Assembly (NCBI GenBank): GCA_013239625.1
Contig: MU053561.1
Location: forward strand, 4,093,992-4,157,991
DNA: 64,000 bases
Origin: Lama guanicoe
Taxonomy: Eukaryota
Direction of reading: 5' to 3'
The position numbers and the translations under genes are program-made. Of the stretch, positions 12,760 through 25,310 are shown piece by piece. The notes under the pieces are model-generated. The model saw only the letters and a list, made by a program, of their open reading frames with translations. It searched no databases and was not told the DNA's origin. The stretch's first letter is position 1; each line of letters opens with the position of its first letter.

Positions 12760-13160
12760 ATGAGCATTCCATACAGCAGTGAAAAGGGATGAATTAGAGC
12801 TGCATTTATTACTAAGGATAAATCAATAAAGTAAAAAAAGCATACCAGAAAAGGATTCATTAGTAGGATTATTTGTATAAAGTTGTAAAATATGCAAAAC
12901 AATAAAAGAGTATGGATACAAAACTTTGCAATAAAGGCAAGAAATTACACATGGAATGATACACCACATTTAGAAGAACAAGTATCTCTGGGGACAGGCG
13001 TAGAGGGCCTGGAAGGTGCACTCAGGAATTGGCCAGAAGATATGTTCTGGAGTTTTCATTTACACTGAAATGTCTGAGCTTTTCAGGGAGCCAGTGGGTA
13101 TGGGTGTCTTCTTATATTATTTTCTACTTTTGGTATGCCTAAGATATATCAAAATAAGAG
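12760..13160 (+). mobile_element. Ancient L1ME 3' fragment
   Basis: ccatacagcagtgaaaagggatgaattagagctgcat...aaaatatgcaaaacaata...tatattattttctactttt. Confidence 0.6.
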
Positions 13161-13344
13161 AGTTTAATTAATACTACATTGAACTTGCAAAGATAACTTT
13201 TTACTCCTTATAAGCAGTCAATTCTACAATAGTACAGATAACCCAAACAACAGACAGCCCTAAGCTTATCTACTGGGGTCTGGAACATGCCATTTGATTT
13301 CTGAGGAAAGGTAGGTAAAAGGTTGACTGCCTGACTGTTATTGA

Positions 13345-13540
13345 TAATTATTATTATCAGCATTTACTGGGTGCTTACTATGTGCCAGGCATATAATACA
13401 TAGTCACTAAGGATTTTACGTGCGTTATTACCATTTTAAGTGACGTTGCTGAAGCTCAGAGAAGTTAAGTAACTTGTCAGCCTCACATGACCATAAGTAG
13501 GGAATTCAGAATTCAAACCCAGGTCCCTTTGCCTGAGTAT
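13345..13540 (-). mobile_element. MIR SINE
   Basis: catttactgggtgcttactatgtgccaggc...gctcagagaagttaagtaacttg...attcaaacccaggtc. Confidence 0.85.
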
Positions 13541-13774
13541 TCAGCAGGGAGAAGCTCTAACTAGGAAGTAAACTCCTGGGCAACCTAGCACTCTTCCTGA
13601 TTCAGTGCCTAATACCAGGCAGGTCCCTCACCTACCCCATGTCTCCCAGCTTTCTCTCACTGGCTAGAATACGGGAATAGTAACAATCAGCCTCCACCTT
13701 GAACAGACTCTGAAACTGAAAAAGGTGGACAAGTAAATAGTGGCCGGATGGCGCATAAATGAGGACTAGATGGC

Positions 13775-14120
13775 AAAAAAATGGATGGATAATGGGTTGT
13801 ATAGTGTGGAAGTGTAGATGGAAGGTGGATGGTGGATAGGTAATGAATGGACGGATTCTGGATGGACAGATGATGATTAGGTGATGAATGGATGGATGAT
13901 GGTTAAATGACACATAGATGTATCTTACAAAATGGATGCATGACAGATGAATGGTGGATGGGTGGACAGTGGAGAGAGAGTGAATGGATGGTAGGTGGTG
14001 AGTGGTGTATAGTAAGTGGATGATTTAATATATTACAGAGGAAGATGGATCAATGGCAAGTGGGTGGTGAACAGATACTGAATGCAGAAGGATATTGAAT
14101 GGACAGTGAATAATGAGTGG
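13775..14120. repeat. Degenerate (TGGA)n / (GATG)n low-complexity tract
   Basis: Recurrent tggatgga and gatgaatgg units over about 350 bp. Confidence 0.75.
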
Positions 14121-14391
14121 GAGGGGATTAGAAAATGTGCAGATCTCTCTGTGGGCCTTGGACTGGATAAGTCCCACACAGTTGCATATAGTGAAATTAA
14201 ATCAAAGTCTCCTGCATTGTCCTCACCTTGGTGTCACTCCTGTTACTCTCTCTCTCATGGTTGCCCCTTTCCTCAGCTTGACTGCCCCTGTTGACATTTC
14301 TACTATCAGGTCTGCAAAAGTGAGGTAAGTTCAAAAATGGCTTTTTAATTAGGCCATTACATTCCAGATCAAAATAAAATACTTTTTTGCC

Positions 14392-14699
14392 AGAAACAGA
14401 CTCACAGACTTAGAAAACAAACTTATGGCTAACAGGGGGAATGCAGGTGGGAAGAGATAAATTGAGAGTTCAAGATTCGCAGATAACTATTACATGTAAA
14501 ATAGATAAACAACAACTTCATATGGTATAGGCACAGAGAACTATATTCAGTATCTTGTAGTAACCGATAATAAAAAAGAATATGAAAATGAATATATGTA
14601 CATATATGTATGACTGAAACATTATGCTGTACACTAGAAATTGGCACAACTTTGTAAACTGACTATATTTCAATAAAAAATTAACTACAGATAAAAAAG
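14392..14699 (+). mobile_element. 5'-truncated younger cetartiodactyl (camelid-like) L1 3' UTR with TSD
   Basis: agaaacagactcacagacttagaaaacaaacttatgg...tgactgaaacattatgctgtacac...aataaa; ATACTTTTTTGCC duplicated at 14379-14391 and 14700-14712. Confidence 0.9.
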
Positions 14700-14989
14700 A
14701 TACTTTTTTGCCTTTTATCATTTGTATGTCTTTTACTTACACTTAAATTCACAGATAACATATGAATACATTTTTACGACAGTAAAGCAAAATTCTGTAT
14801 CAAATACTACACATAAGTTTCAAATGCCAGGCTCACCCCCCAAGGGTAAGAGTTTCCAGGTTGGTGGCTACCCCAGTCTTTCTCTAGTCATTCTCACACA
14901 TCTGCGTTGGCCTATACAGTACAGTGTGGGAGCATTTATAAAATTGATTCCACGCTATCCATCAGTCCAGAGCACAGTTTTTTTTAACT

Positions 14990-16740
14990 TTTTATTTTTA
15001 TCAAAGTTATAAGGGTATATAATTTAAAGAGTCAACTAGACCAATAGAGTTTATTAAGTCAGAACAGTGGTCCCCAGCCTCCCCCCTCCAACTCTTTCTT
15101 CCCGTAGGCAACCACTTGCAATTCCTCTGACCTGTTCTTTAGGAATTGACTTCCTACCTCTTAATCACTTGCTTGCTACTTTTGTTTATTTCTTTCTTTG
15201 TTTTGGCTTCAGGAAATGTCAATTAATCTCCCACAATAAAAGCTACAGTTTGGCTCTCTTTCCTCTTTCCCATCTCATTCTGCCACACGCATTCTTCCCA
15301 CCAGTTCACTCTTCCAGGATACTTACAGCACAATTTTGACTAGGTCAACATTTGGGAAACATGATGATGACTATTCTGCAATTCGCAGCTGAGTTGTGTA
15401 GTAGGCTATAATTAAATTTTGTCCCCATACAACTATTTGTTTTCTCTGTACTTAATAATTATGTCTTTTTTTCTCAGCTTCTTTATTCCCTAAGTAACTA
15501 TGATTAAATTCAACACACTCATTTCCACTTGTTTAAACTTTTTCCCAACATATTCAGATAGTTCAGGTAGTCTGTCGATTGTATCTTCTCTCCTGGAATC
15601 TTTTTATCTGCTTCTGTTTTCCTTGTGTGCCAGGTGCCCAGCTCTCATCATGGGATCTCCCTCCACAGCAAAAATTCCATTCACCTCTTTCATGTATTGG
15701 ACCTGCTGGGTCCTGTATCCTTTGTCTTTTTCTTGCTTAGTTTCTCTCTCAATTTAATGGAGCACATTATATGGCAGCTTCCAGAGAAGGGGTACATGGA
15801 AGGAAAATTGCTTGAGACATTGTTGTCTGAAATGGCTTTATAATATACTGACCCTTGATTGATAGTTCCGCTGGGTACAGAATTTCAAGTTATAAGTCAC
15901 TATATTTGGAATTCTTGCATTACTTCACTGTATTCTGGTTTCCAGTAATACTATTAAGAAGTGCAAAACCATTTTGCTTTCTGACCCTGTGTATATGTCC
16001 AGTTGTGAGGGATCTTCTTTTTGTTTCTAGTTATTGGTGCGCAAAATACCAAGTATTCTATGTGCTCCCCTAGGCTTCCCAGCCTTACCTATAATTAGGT
16101 TAGGGTCATGAGACTAGTTCTGGCCAATGGTTTGAGAGCAGAAGTGACACATGTCATCTCCAGGCTACAAGCCAGTATGCCTCCTCCAACTCTATTTCCC
16201 CTTCCCACAACTATCCCAGGAGACCCATGATCCAGGAGACATATTTACAAGGTAGAGCAGGACCACCTGAAGTACATCAGGCTTTGCAAAGTGACAAACT
16301 TTGGTATTGTTAAATCATTAAGACTTTTGAGGGTTTTCTGCCACAGGAGCCAGCATTAATTACCTTGACAAACATACCAATATTCTGAAATTTCACAGGA
16401 ATGTGCCTTGATGTGGTTCTATTTTTAACCATTATACTAGTTAGTGACTGCATCCTGAAGACTCACAGCCTTCAGTTCTGGGAAATTCTATTTCGTTGAT
16501 AATTTCCTCACCTTAGTTTTCTCTGGCTTTTTTCTTGAACTCCTGTTATTCAGTTACTGAACTTCCTGGATGGGTCTTTCAATTTTATAGCTTTTCACTT
16601 CTATTTTTCATCTCTGGAGTTTTGCTATAATTTCTGAAAGATTTCTTCAACTTTATTCCAAAATTTTTATTGAATATTTAATTTCTGCCATTATGTTCTA
16701 AACTTTCAAGAGCTCTTTTATGTTCTCTGAACATTAAAGT
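14990..16740 (-). mobile_element. HAL1 / old L1-type element, interrupted by an MLT LTR
   Basis: gcagcttccagagaaggggtacatggaaggaaaattgcttgagac...gtctgaaatggcttta...ttgattgatagttccgctgggtacagaatt resembles reverse HAL1 ORF1; resumes at about 16380. Confidence 0.7.
16032..16377 (+). mobile_element. Old MaLR LTR (MLT1I/J-like)
   Basis: catgagactagttctggccaatggtttgagagcagaagtgacacatgtcatctccaggct...ttaccttgacaaacatac. Confidence 0.75.
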
Positions 16741-17359
16741 CCAGACTCTTTTCCAAATTTGGCATATTATTCCCATGCATAATTTCTTGCCTTTATTACA
16801 AAGATACATATCCATAATTTATTACTGCTTTGCATATTTTAAAACTTTATATGAATAATCCTACAAATGCATCCTTCTTCAATTCGCTTTTTTCACTTAA
16901 TTTAGTGATCTATATTGATAAATGCAGATCTAGTTCATCCCCTTTCACTGCTCTATAGAATTCTCACATTTATGCCACAGTCTAGTGATATACTCATGTT
17001 GTTGGCCATTTATAATGTTTCCATATTATTGTCATTACCTACATTTCATAAACAGGAAATCTGAGGCTCAGAGGGGTGTGCTTCATTAATCCATAAACCT
17101 AGAGGGCAGACTGCCTTTAGATTGCTGCCTCTAGGAACTTCCTGGCACTTGCATTAAGTTCAGTCTATATTTGTTGAATAACTGAATGAAGTTTGCTCAG
17201 AGAAACATGATGTCAGATCCAGTCCCAGAATGCAGATCCCCCTTTCCATTTTACCTTGGTGCCTAACAGACATTCCCTGAGGCCAGGGGTCTCATCCAGG
17301 GTTACACACAGTATAGAAATGCGGTAAGCTGAGGAATTCTGAAAGAAGACTTTAAAAAA

Positions 17360-18520
17360 ACTCCATCAGTGATGTGTAATTGTGTCTTTCTTTAGTTCTG
17401 TCAGTTTTTGCATCATAAATATAAAAACTCCACTATTCAATGAATACTGATTTGTGATTGTTATGTTTTCCTGATAAATTCATTACGAAATCCCCCACAT
17501 TTTACCATTGTGAAATGGCTCTCTTCTCTATCCATAGAACTTGCCTCAATGTATATTTGTATATCTTTCTTTGTTAAAATATTTATTGGGTTGCTTATCT
17601 TTTTACTGTAGAATTATAAGAATCCTTTATGTATGCCAGGTAGAAGTTTTTCATCAGATACATGTAAGACAAACATTATCTCCCAATCTATGACCTGCCT
17701 TTTTCATTTTATTAATGGTGACAAAGAGCAAAAGTTTTAGTGTCTACCAAGATTAAACAATTTTTATCAGGTTTTTTTCAATCCTATCCACAGATTTTTT
17801 TTCTTACCACAAGTTTGCAAAGATATTTTCCTATACTCTCTTCTAGAAGTTTTATAGTTTTAGCCTTTACCTTTAGATCTGTGATTCATTTCAAGACAAT
17901 ACTGTATAAGGAATAACTTAAGCGCTGAGGTTAATTTTTTCCAAAGGGACAGCCAGTTGCTCCAGCATCACTGTTAAAGGGGCTATATGATTCCCACTAA
18001 AGGACACAGGCACCTTTGGTGAAAGTCAATTGTCTGTGTTTGTGTAGGTCTGTTTCTGAGGCCTCTATTTTGTCCCATTGATCTACATGCCTATCCTTAC
18101 ATCAGTATTACACTGTCTTGCTTATTATAGCTTCATGGTAAGTCTTCAAATCAAATAGTTTAATCCTCTAAACTTTTTACTCTTTTAAAAAGTATTCTGG
18201 CCTAAGTCTTTGTAATTACATAAAATATTAGAATTAGCTTGTATCATTCTTAGTGAAAAACATGCTAGAATTTTTGTTAGGATTCCATTGCACCTATGGA
18301 TCAATTTAGAGAGAACTACAACTTTAGCAATATTGGGTCTTCTGATCCAGGAACATGGATACTCCCAATTTATTTAAGTCTTCTTTAATTTCACTCAAGT
18401 ATGTTCTGTAGCTTTCATTGTACAAGTCTGGTATTTAGTCGTTAAATTTATCCCAAAGTATTTCAAGTTTTTAGATATTATTGTAAGGGTATTGTTCTTT
18501 AACTTTACTTTGCAATTTAT
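17360..18520 (-). mobile_element. Old L1M ORF2 fragments, antisense, two pieces
   Basis: Endonuclease-region piece at about 17360-17560 (tttagttctgtcagtttttgc), then a C-terminal ORF2 piece (ttatagttttagcctttacctttagatctgtgattcatttc; ccagttgctccagcatca). Confidence 0.8.
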
Positions 18521-20567
18521 CTCCTACATGAGACCAGTCAGTCAAAACTGGAAGAGGTGGTTGTTTTATCTAATGCACAGAAACCAACACAGAAAGCCAA
18601 GGAAAATGAAGAAATAGGGAATATGTTCCAAATGAAAGAATAAGAAATCTCTAGAAAACAATCTCAACAAAATGGAGATAAGTGATTTACCTAACAGAGT
18701 TCAGAATCGCATTCATGAAAACACTAACTAAGGTCAAGAGAGAAATGAATGAGTAAAGTGAGAATTTCGAGAAAGAGACAGAAAAAATGTTTTAAATACC
18801 AAACAGAAATTACAGAGTTGAAGAATAAATTAACTGACCTGAAAACTCAACAGAGGGGTTAGACAACAGATTAAATCAAGCAGAACAAAAGATTCACAAA
18901 CTCAGAGTCAGTGAAGTGGAATCATTCAATCCTTTCTGAGGAACAAAAAGAAAAAACAATGAAAAAGTAAAGACAGTTAAGGGACTTATGGGACACCATC
19001 AAAAGGACCCATATATGCATTATAGGGGCCCTGGAAGGAAAAGAAGAGATACAGAAATGGTCTGAAGCTTATTCAAAGAAATAATAACTGAAAATTTCTC
19101 TAACCTTAAGAAATAGATATCCAGGTCTAGGAATCCCAAATGCAAAATAAGGAAAGCTAAAGGAAATCCACAGCAAGACATATTATAATTTAATTGAACT
19201 GTCAAAATTAAAGACAAAGAAATAATCTTAGAGCAGAAAGAGAAAAGCAACTTGTTACATACAAGGGAACCCCCATAAGATTAAGAACAGATTTCTCAGC
19301 ATAAACCTTGCAAGACAGAAGGGAGTGAATGATATATTTAAAGTGATAAAAGAAAAAAAAATGTCACCCAAGAATACTCTACCTGGCAAATTAATACCTT
19401 GGAAATGAAGGAGAGATAAAGAGTTTCCCAGACAAACAAAAGCTGAAGTAGTTCATCACCATTTGACCAGCCTTACAAGAAACATTAAAGGAATTGAATA
19501 TAGTTCCCAAATTTCTTGTAATAACATATAATAGAAAAAATATAGATGTATGTGTATGTGTAACTGAATCACTCTGCTGTACACCTAAAAGTAACATTGT
19601 AAATCAACTACACTCCCATAAAAATTTTTTCTAAAGAAACATCAAAGGGAGTTCTCCAAGCTGAAACAAAAAGATGCTAGTTAGTAACATGAAACATATG
19701 AAACTACAAAATTCACTGGAAAAGGTAAACATACAGTTAAATTCAGAATACACTAATATTATGATAATTAAGGGTAAATCATTTACAACTCTAGTATAAT
19801 TGTTAAAACACAAAAGTATTAAAATAACTGTAACTACAATAATTTGTAAATGTATATATAACATAAACAGATGTAAAGGGTAACATCAAAAATGTAAATT
19901 TGGGGAGGATATAAAAATGTAGAGGTTTTCATGCATTTGAAGCTAACTTGTTATCACCTTAAAACAGTTAAAAGATGCTTTATGTAAGCTTCATGGTAAC
20001 CACAATGCAAAAGCTTACAGTAGATAAACAAAAGAGAAGGAGAAAGGAATTCAAGCACACCACTACAGAAAAATCACCAAAATACAAAGGAAGATAGCAT
20101 GAGAGGAAGAAAGGAACAAAGGAAATAGAAAACAATGAAGAAAATGGCCATACTAAGTCCATATGTATAAATAATTACTTTAAATGTTAATGGACTAAGT
20201 TCTCCAATCAAAAAGATACAGAGTGGTTCAGTGGATAAAAAACAAGACCCAAGACATACAAATGGCCAATAGGCACATGAAAAGATGCTCAATATCACTA
20301 ATTATCAGAGAAATGCAAATCAAAACTACAACGAGGTATCACCTCATACCAGTCAGAATGGCCATCAATCAAAAGTCCTGAAATTTGCTGAGAGTAAAAC
20401 TTAAGTGTTCTTATTTTAAAAAGGCCAATATGTGAGGTGATGAATGTGTTAATTAACTTGATGGTGGGAATTCTTTCAAAATGTAAACATACATCAAAAC
20501 ATCATGCTGTACAATATACCAAATTATAATTTTCTTAGTCAATTATACCTCAGTAAAGCTGAAAAAT
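18520..20567 (+). mobile_element. L1MA-type element: decayed ORF1, inter-ORF region, ORF2 start, large internal deletion, 3' end
   Basis: ORF1 remnant from ATG 18606 (MKK*GNMFQMKE...); ORF2 start near 20144 (...[14 protein letters not shown]); 3' end gtgaggtgatgaatgtgttaattaacttg...tcaattatacctcagtaaagctg. Many stops and frameshifts. Confidence 0.9.
19492..19633 (+). mobile_element. Short L1 3'-terminal insertion inside the L1 ORF1 remnant, with TSD
   Basis: taactgaatcactctgctgtacacctaaaagtaacattgtaaatcaactacact; TSD aagaaacat(t/c)aaagg at 19477-19491 and 19634-19648. Confidence 0.85.
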
Positions 20568-20569
20568 AT

Positions 20570-22855
20570 TTGTTTGTTGGATATTGAGAATTTTATGTTG
20601 CTGAGTATCTCAATTTGTTGCCTTTTATAAAAATAGGATTGTGCTTTATTTTTGAAGGACGTTAAATTGAAAAGGAGCTTAATCATTTCAGAACTTTTCA
20701 GTTTTTTGTTAGTGTGACTCTAAAGTAGTACTTATTTTTTATATATATATAAAGATCTTCACCTTACCAATAAAGTGTGACACTGCAGGAGTCTCTTCTT
20801 TGTGCCCTGGGTGATTAATAAGCACACTATTCTGACTGACTGGAACACAGCTGTCTCCCAGCCCCATGTGAGATCTAGTAATTGTTTAGCTTATGGCTTC
20901 ATAGCCTTTCTTTGCCCACCTTGTGGAACTTCACACTACACAAGCGCATTTTAGTATTCAGCAAAGACTCAATCAGACACCTGTGCAGATTTTTGGATCT
21001 CCTTTTCTGTTTATCTTTCTCCATTACAAAACTTTAGCCCACAAGGTCCAATTACCTCAGCCTACTTAAACTTAGAACTCTAAATTATCCTCTAGCAAGA
21101 CTGCTGTATTTTGCTTGAGATACTCCTTTCTATGCTTTGATTTAGAGTGTGCCTCCGAGTAGAAAGCCAGGGCTATCACAAAGTTCGTCTTGTATGTTTC
21201 TCTTCTCTTAGGGATAAAGGTCCATCCTGACTGTTGCCTATTGTTGAACATACTGTTTCAGATACTTGTTCCATTTTCTGATCATTTCTCTTGGGAAGGC
21301 AAGCCTCATCCTTGTTACTCCATCACAGCTGGAACTTAGATATCTTTTAAAGAAACTGAAAGAAGAAAAATACAGCATGTTTTATATTTCTTACATATTT
21401 ACCATCTTGAGGTCTCTTCATTCTTTACTGTAGATCTAAATTTCCATCTGGGATCTCTTCTCTTTAGTATGAAGAATTTCTTTTAGAATTTCTTGTAGTC
21501 ATATTTGCTGACATTGGTTTCTCTCAGCTTTTGTTTATGTGAAAAAGTGTCTTCATTTTGCTTTCATTTTTGAAGTATATTTTTGCTACGTATAGAATTC
21601 TGGCTTGACAGGATTTTTTTTAATTATTATTTTAGTACTTTAAAAATGTTATTTCATTATCTTTTGTTTCCATTATTCCTGATGTGTTTTATCTTACTTA
21701 GTGATCACTATGCTTCTCAGATCTGTAAATTTATATATACATACATATATATATTTTTTTTTTACCAAATTTGGGATTATTTCTTTAATTTTTTTCTGTC
21801 TCAATCTTTCTCACTTCTCTTTCCAGTCTCCATTTACATGTATATTAGACCACTTGGTATTTCCCCACAGGTCAACTAAGGCTCTACTCATTTTTCTTTC
21901 ATCTTTTTTCTTTCTGTTCTCCATTTTGGATAGTTTATGTTAATCTCAGTTCCGTGTAATGACCCTTTCTTCTGCCCTTTTCAATCTGCTGTTAGGCTTA
22001 TTCATTGAATTTTTCATTCCAAATATGGTATTTTCCAGTTCTAGGATTTCCAGTTGGTTCTTTTATATAATTTAAACTTTTTGGCTGAGATTTCCCATCT
22101 TCTCATTCCTTACAAACATAATTCTCTCTAAGTCATTGTATATATTTATGACTTTTGTTTTAAAGTTCTTATTTTATAATTTTAACATGTGAGTCATCTC
22201 AAAACTGGTTCCCATTGGCTGATTTTTATCTTACCTGTGAGCCACACTCCCCACGTCTTGGCATCTGATTTTTTTACTGTTTAATTATTATGTATGATAC
22301 ATTTCAGAATCTCTGGAGACAGTTATTTTTGAAAAGGGCTTAATTTTTCTTCCAGTAGACAGCTAACTAGGGCAGCAGCTGAAATGTCCACTTAGTTCCC
22401 TCACTCTTCCAACTGTTGCTTTCTACCTGGTTCTCTGGCATTTCCCCTCCAGTTGCATAAATTACTAATTAGCCAAAAATTGGGTAAGGCTTATGTGCAG
22501 AATCTGGGCTCCCACTTCTGCAGCTCTCTCCTTTCCAGGATGTTTTCCCTACCTTTGCAACCATTCCGGCAGCCCAAACTCTGTCCTTAACACCTTACGG
22601 CAGTGACACTGGGGCTTTCTGCATGAGGTCCAGCCATCCTGCACCACACAGACCAAGTAGAATGCTAGGGTATGAAAACCTCATTCAGTTGCCCTCTTTT
22701 GTGGGTTGATGTCCCTCCAGTTTGCACTATCTTTTGGTCACTCTCCAGTGCCTTTAAGTGGTTGATTTTAACATTTTAATTCAGAGTGTATCATTGTTAC
22801 TTGTAGGAGGGTTAATACAATGCAAGCTACTTTACCATTACTAGAAGCACATTCC
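20570..22855 (-). mobile_element. Ancient L1ME 5' and ORF1 fragments, antisense, probably two elements
   Basis: tagtattcagcaaagactcaa...tgcagatttttgga (5' region); tttctctcagcttttgtttatgtgaaaaagtgtcttcattttgctttcattttt (reverse ORF1). Confidence 0.7.
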
Positions 22856-23828
22856 TTCATAACTTCTTTTAAACTACATTAATCAGATTAAACAATCATT
22901 ATACAGCACCCCTGAACAACTTTCTATAAAAAGTAATATGCTTGGTGATTTTATGCTTGGTTTTATTTTCTAACACACTACAAAATATTTTTACTGTACA
23001 ATTTAAGCCCATTTTACCACTGAAGCAGAAGAAATACCTTACAAAATAGTTATGCTTTACTTCTGTTTATTCTTTGGTCTTTAAATTAAATTTAGCAAGA
23101 TACAGAGCCATTTTGAATTTTCATTTAATTTTTTTCCCAGTGTTATGTATAGCCAACATGCTTCAGGTTTTTGAGTCAATAAGGCTGATATTATGTAAAT
23201 GATGAGAAAATATGACTCAAGACTTTGTGGAGAAAAGAGATTATTGAAAGAACAGATGAGATGGGAATTATTTCACAAGTCTCTGCACTATTTTCTTTTT
23301 TTCTGTGAAGTCCTCACACCTGGGGAAGAATGGAAAACTGCTCCCACACTCTTGTTCTATTTCCTCAAGGATAAAACTGACCCATCTTAGCAGCTTCTGC
23401 CTCCCAGCAAACGACTGTACCAACTAGAATGAGTTCTTGCAAACTATAATGTCCCTTAGAACTAAACATTTAACATTCCATGTCCTTCATTTTAATCATA
23501 CCAGAGTGTACTTACTAAGGGTTGGCTGAGCATGGTGCTGTACCCAGCAAGTTAAGCACGTGCAGCCTCTGCTGTCAAAGCAGAGAACACCATGAAGAAG
23601 GAATACAGACAATTTGACATAAACAACATTCTGATGATGATTCCTTTAAATCTGTTATCTACTTATCTACTGTGGCTGCCAAACATCTGGATGGAAGATG
23701 CAGCATTCAGTCAGGAAGCTCACTGTTCTTCCAGATAACTGAATAGACTTTTACGTGAATTGTATAAACCTAGCAATTAAAATAGTTATGCCAACTTACT
23801 CTTCTGTAATGAGTCACAAATGCAGGGT

Positions 23829-23830
<2 letters not shown>

Positions 23831-23866
<36 letters not shown>
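23831..23866. repeat. (GT)n microsatellite
   Basis: About 18 perfect GT units. Confidence 0.98.
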
Positions 23867-23870
<4 letters not shown>

Positions 23871-24439
23871 CCTCACTTAATTACCATATCCTTATGGAAT
23901 GGCTTAATTGCCCAGTTTTACAGATGAGGAAGTTGAGAGTATTTATCAAACATGTATTGATCTCATAATCTGCGCCAGACACAAGGCCTGCAAAGGAGAA
24001 ATAAAACGGTCTCTGCTCTAACGGTGCCGCAAACCAAGGGAGGAACATGGAGTTGAATAAACTGGACTTGCCCAAGGTCACACAACTATTTACTGTCAGA
24101 CCCGGGGCTCTGCCCAGCATTTCTAGCATTAAGTTCAGCGCGGTCTTCACAGCTGCCTCCGATAAAAGCCAGATGCATTTATAGAGCAGTGAGTAGAGAG
24201 AAGGGACAGAGGTGCCAGTGGAATTGAAAGAGTCTTGTCATTAACACTGAGATCAGAAATGAAGTACAAGTCATTAAAATTACAATTATGAAGACTATGA
24301 CCAGACATTGAAAAAACATTTTTTTTCATGTGGCTGAAATTTCCCTTTTTTCTTTCTTTCCTTCTTTTTTCCTATTATTTATAGTTTTGTTAATTTTGCT
24401 ACAATATAAACTATAGGTAGGAAAAAAGAGGTAACATGG

Positions 24440-24650
24440 AAATATTAAAGCTTTTGCAGCCAGACAGACCTGGATTCAAATCCCAGTTTTGCCAATGCCT
24501 AGCTGTATGATCTAGGGAAAGTTGTTTAACTTCTCTGTGCCTCGGTTTCTCTGGAAACCTCACAGTGTCACGCTGAGGATTAGAGATCATGTGTTCGAAC
24601 ACCTAATACACACAGAGCAACCACTCAACCTATAATTATTTTTATTATTT
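24440..24650 (+). mobile_element. MIR SINE
   Basis: gccagacagacctggattcaaatcccagttttgccaatgcctagctgtatgatctagggaaagttgtttaacttctctgtgcctcggtttc. Confidence 0.85.
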
Positions 24651-24789
24651 TTATTATATGATGTAAACCAAGAAATGTGTTGGGGGAATAGGCAGGCACT
24701 GCAAGGCCTGCTGGGAGGCACAGGGTTGGCCAAGAGTCTGAAGTAGCATCTTTAACCCAAAGAACAGCAATGTGGAATCATCTCTATCA

Positions 24790-25310
24790 GCAGCAAAAAC
24801 ATGTATTGAGTCAGGTTCTTAGGATACAAATGTGTAAAACATCATCTGTCCTAAAGGGATTTACCATCAATCTCTTTCCCTACTCAATAAACATTTATTA
24901 CATACCTCCTATAATTCACAGACCAAAAGAAGAGCTAGCGGTATTAAATAGGGCTTAGTTCTTGCCATAGTTCATTGAGGGAGGAACAACCATGGAAACA
25001 GATAAATACGATAGAGTGTGGAAAGCATAATCACAAAGTAAGGCATTTTGGGGCTTGAATAGATGAACACCTAATCCAACCTGGTAAGAGAAGATAAGGA
25101 AGTCTAGGAAAGATTTCTGGAAGTGTCGGCCTGGAGCTGAGCCTTTAAGAATAAGCAAAGTTAGTTAGGGAAAAGGCCTGGGTGGGGTGGTAGTAAAACA
25201 TCACAGACAGAGAGGAAAACATAAGGAAACATGTGTTAGAAAACCATGAGCAGTTCAGTTTTGCCAGAGCATAGAATTTGAGGCAGGGGATGAGACTGGA
25301 GAGGAAGGTG
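24790..25310 (-). mobile_element. L2 LINE fragments
   Basis: tactcaataaacatttattacatacct...ggaagtctaggaaagatttctggaag...ggagctgagcctt. Confidence 0.65.

Noticed and set aside
18606..20378. Active L1 ORF1/ORF2
   Set aside because: Multiple stops and frameshifts, a nested insertion, and loss of most of ORF2.
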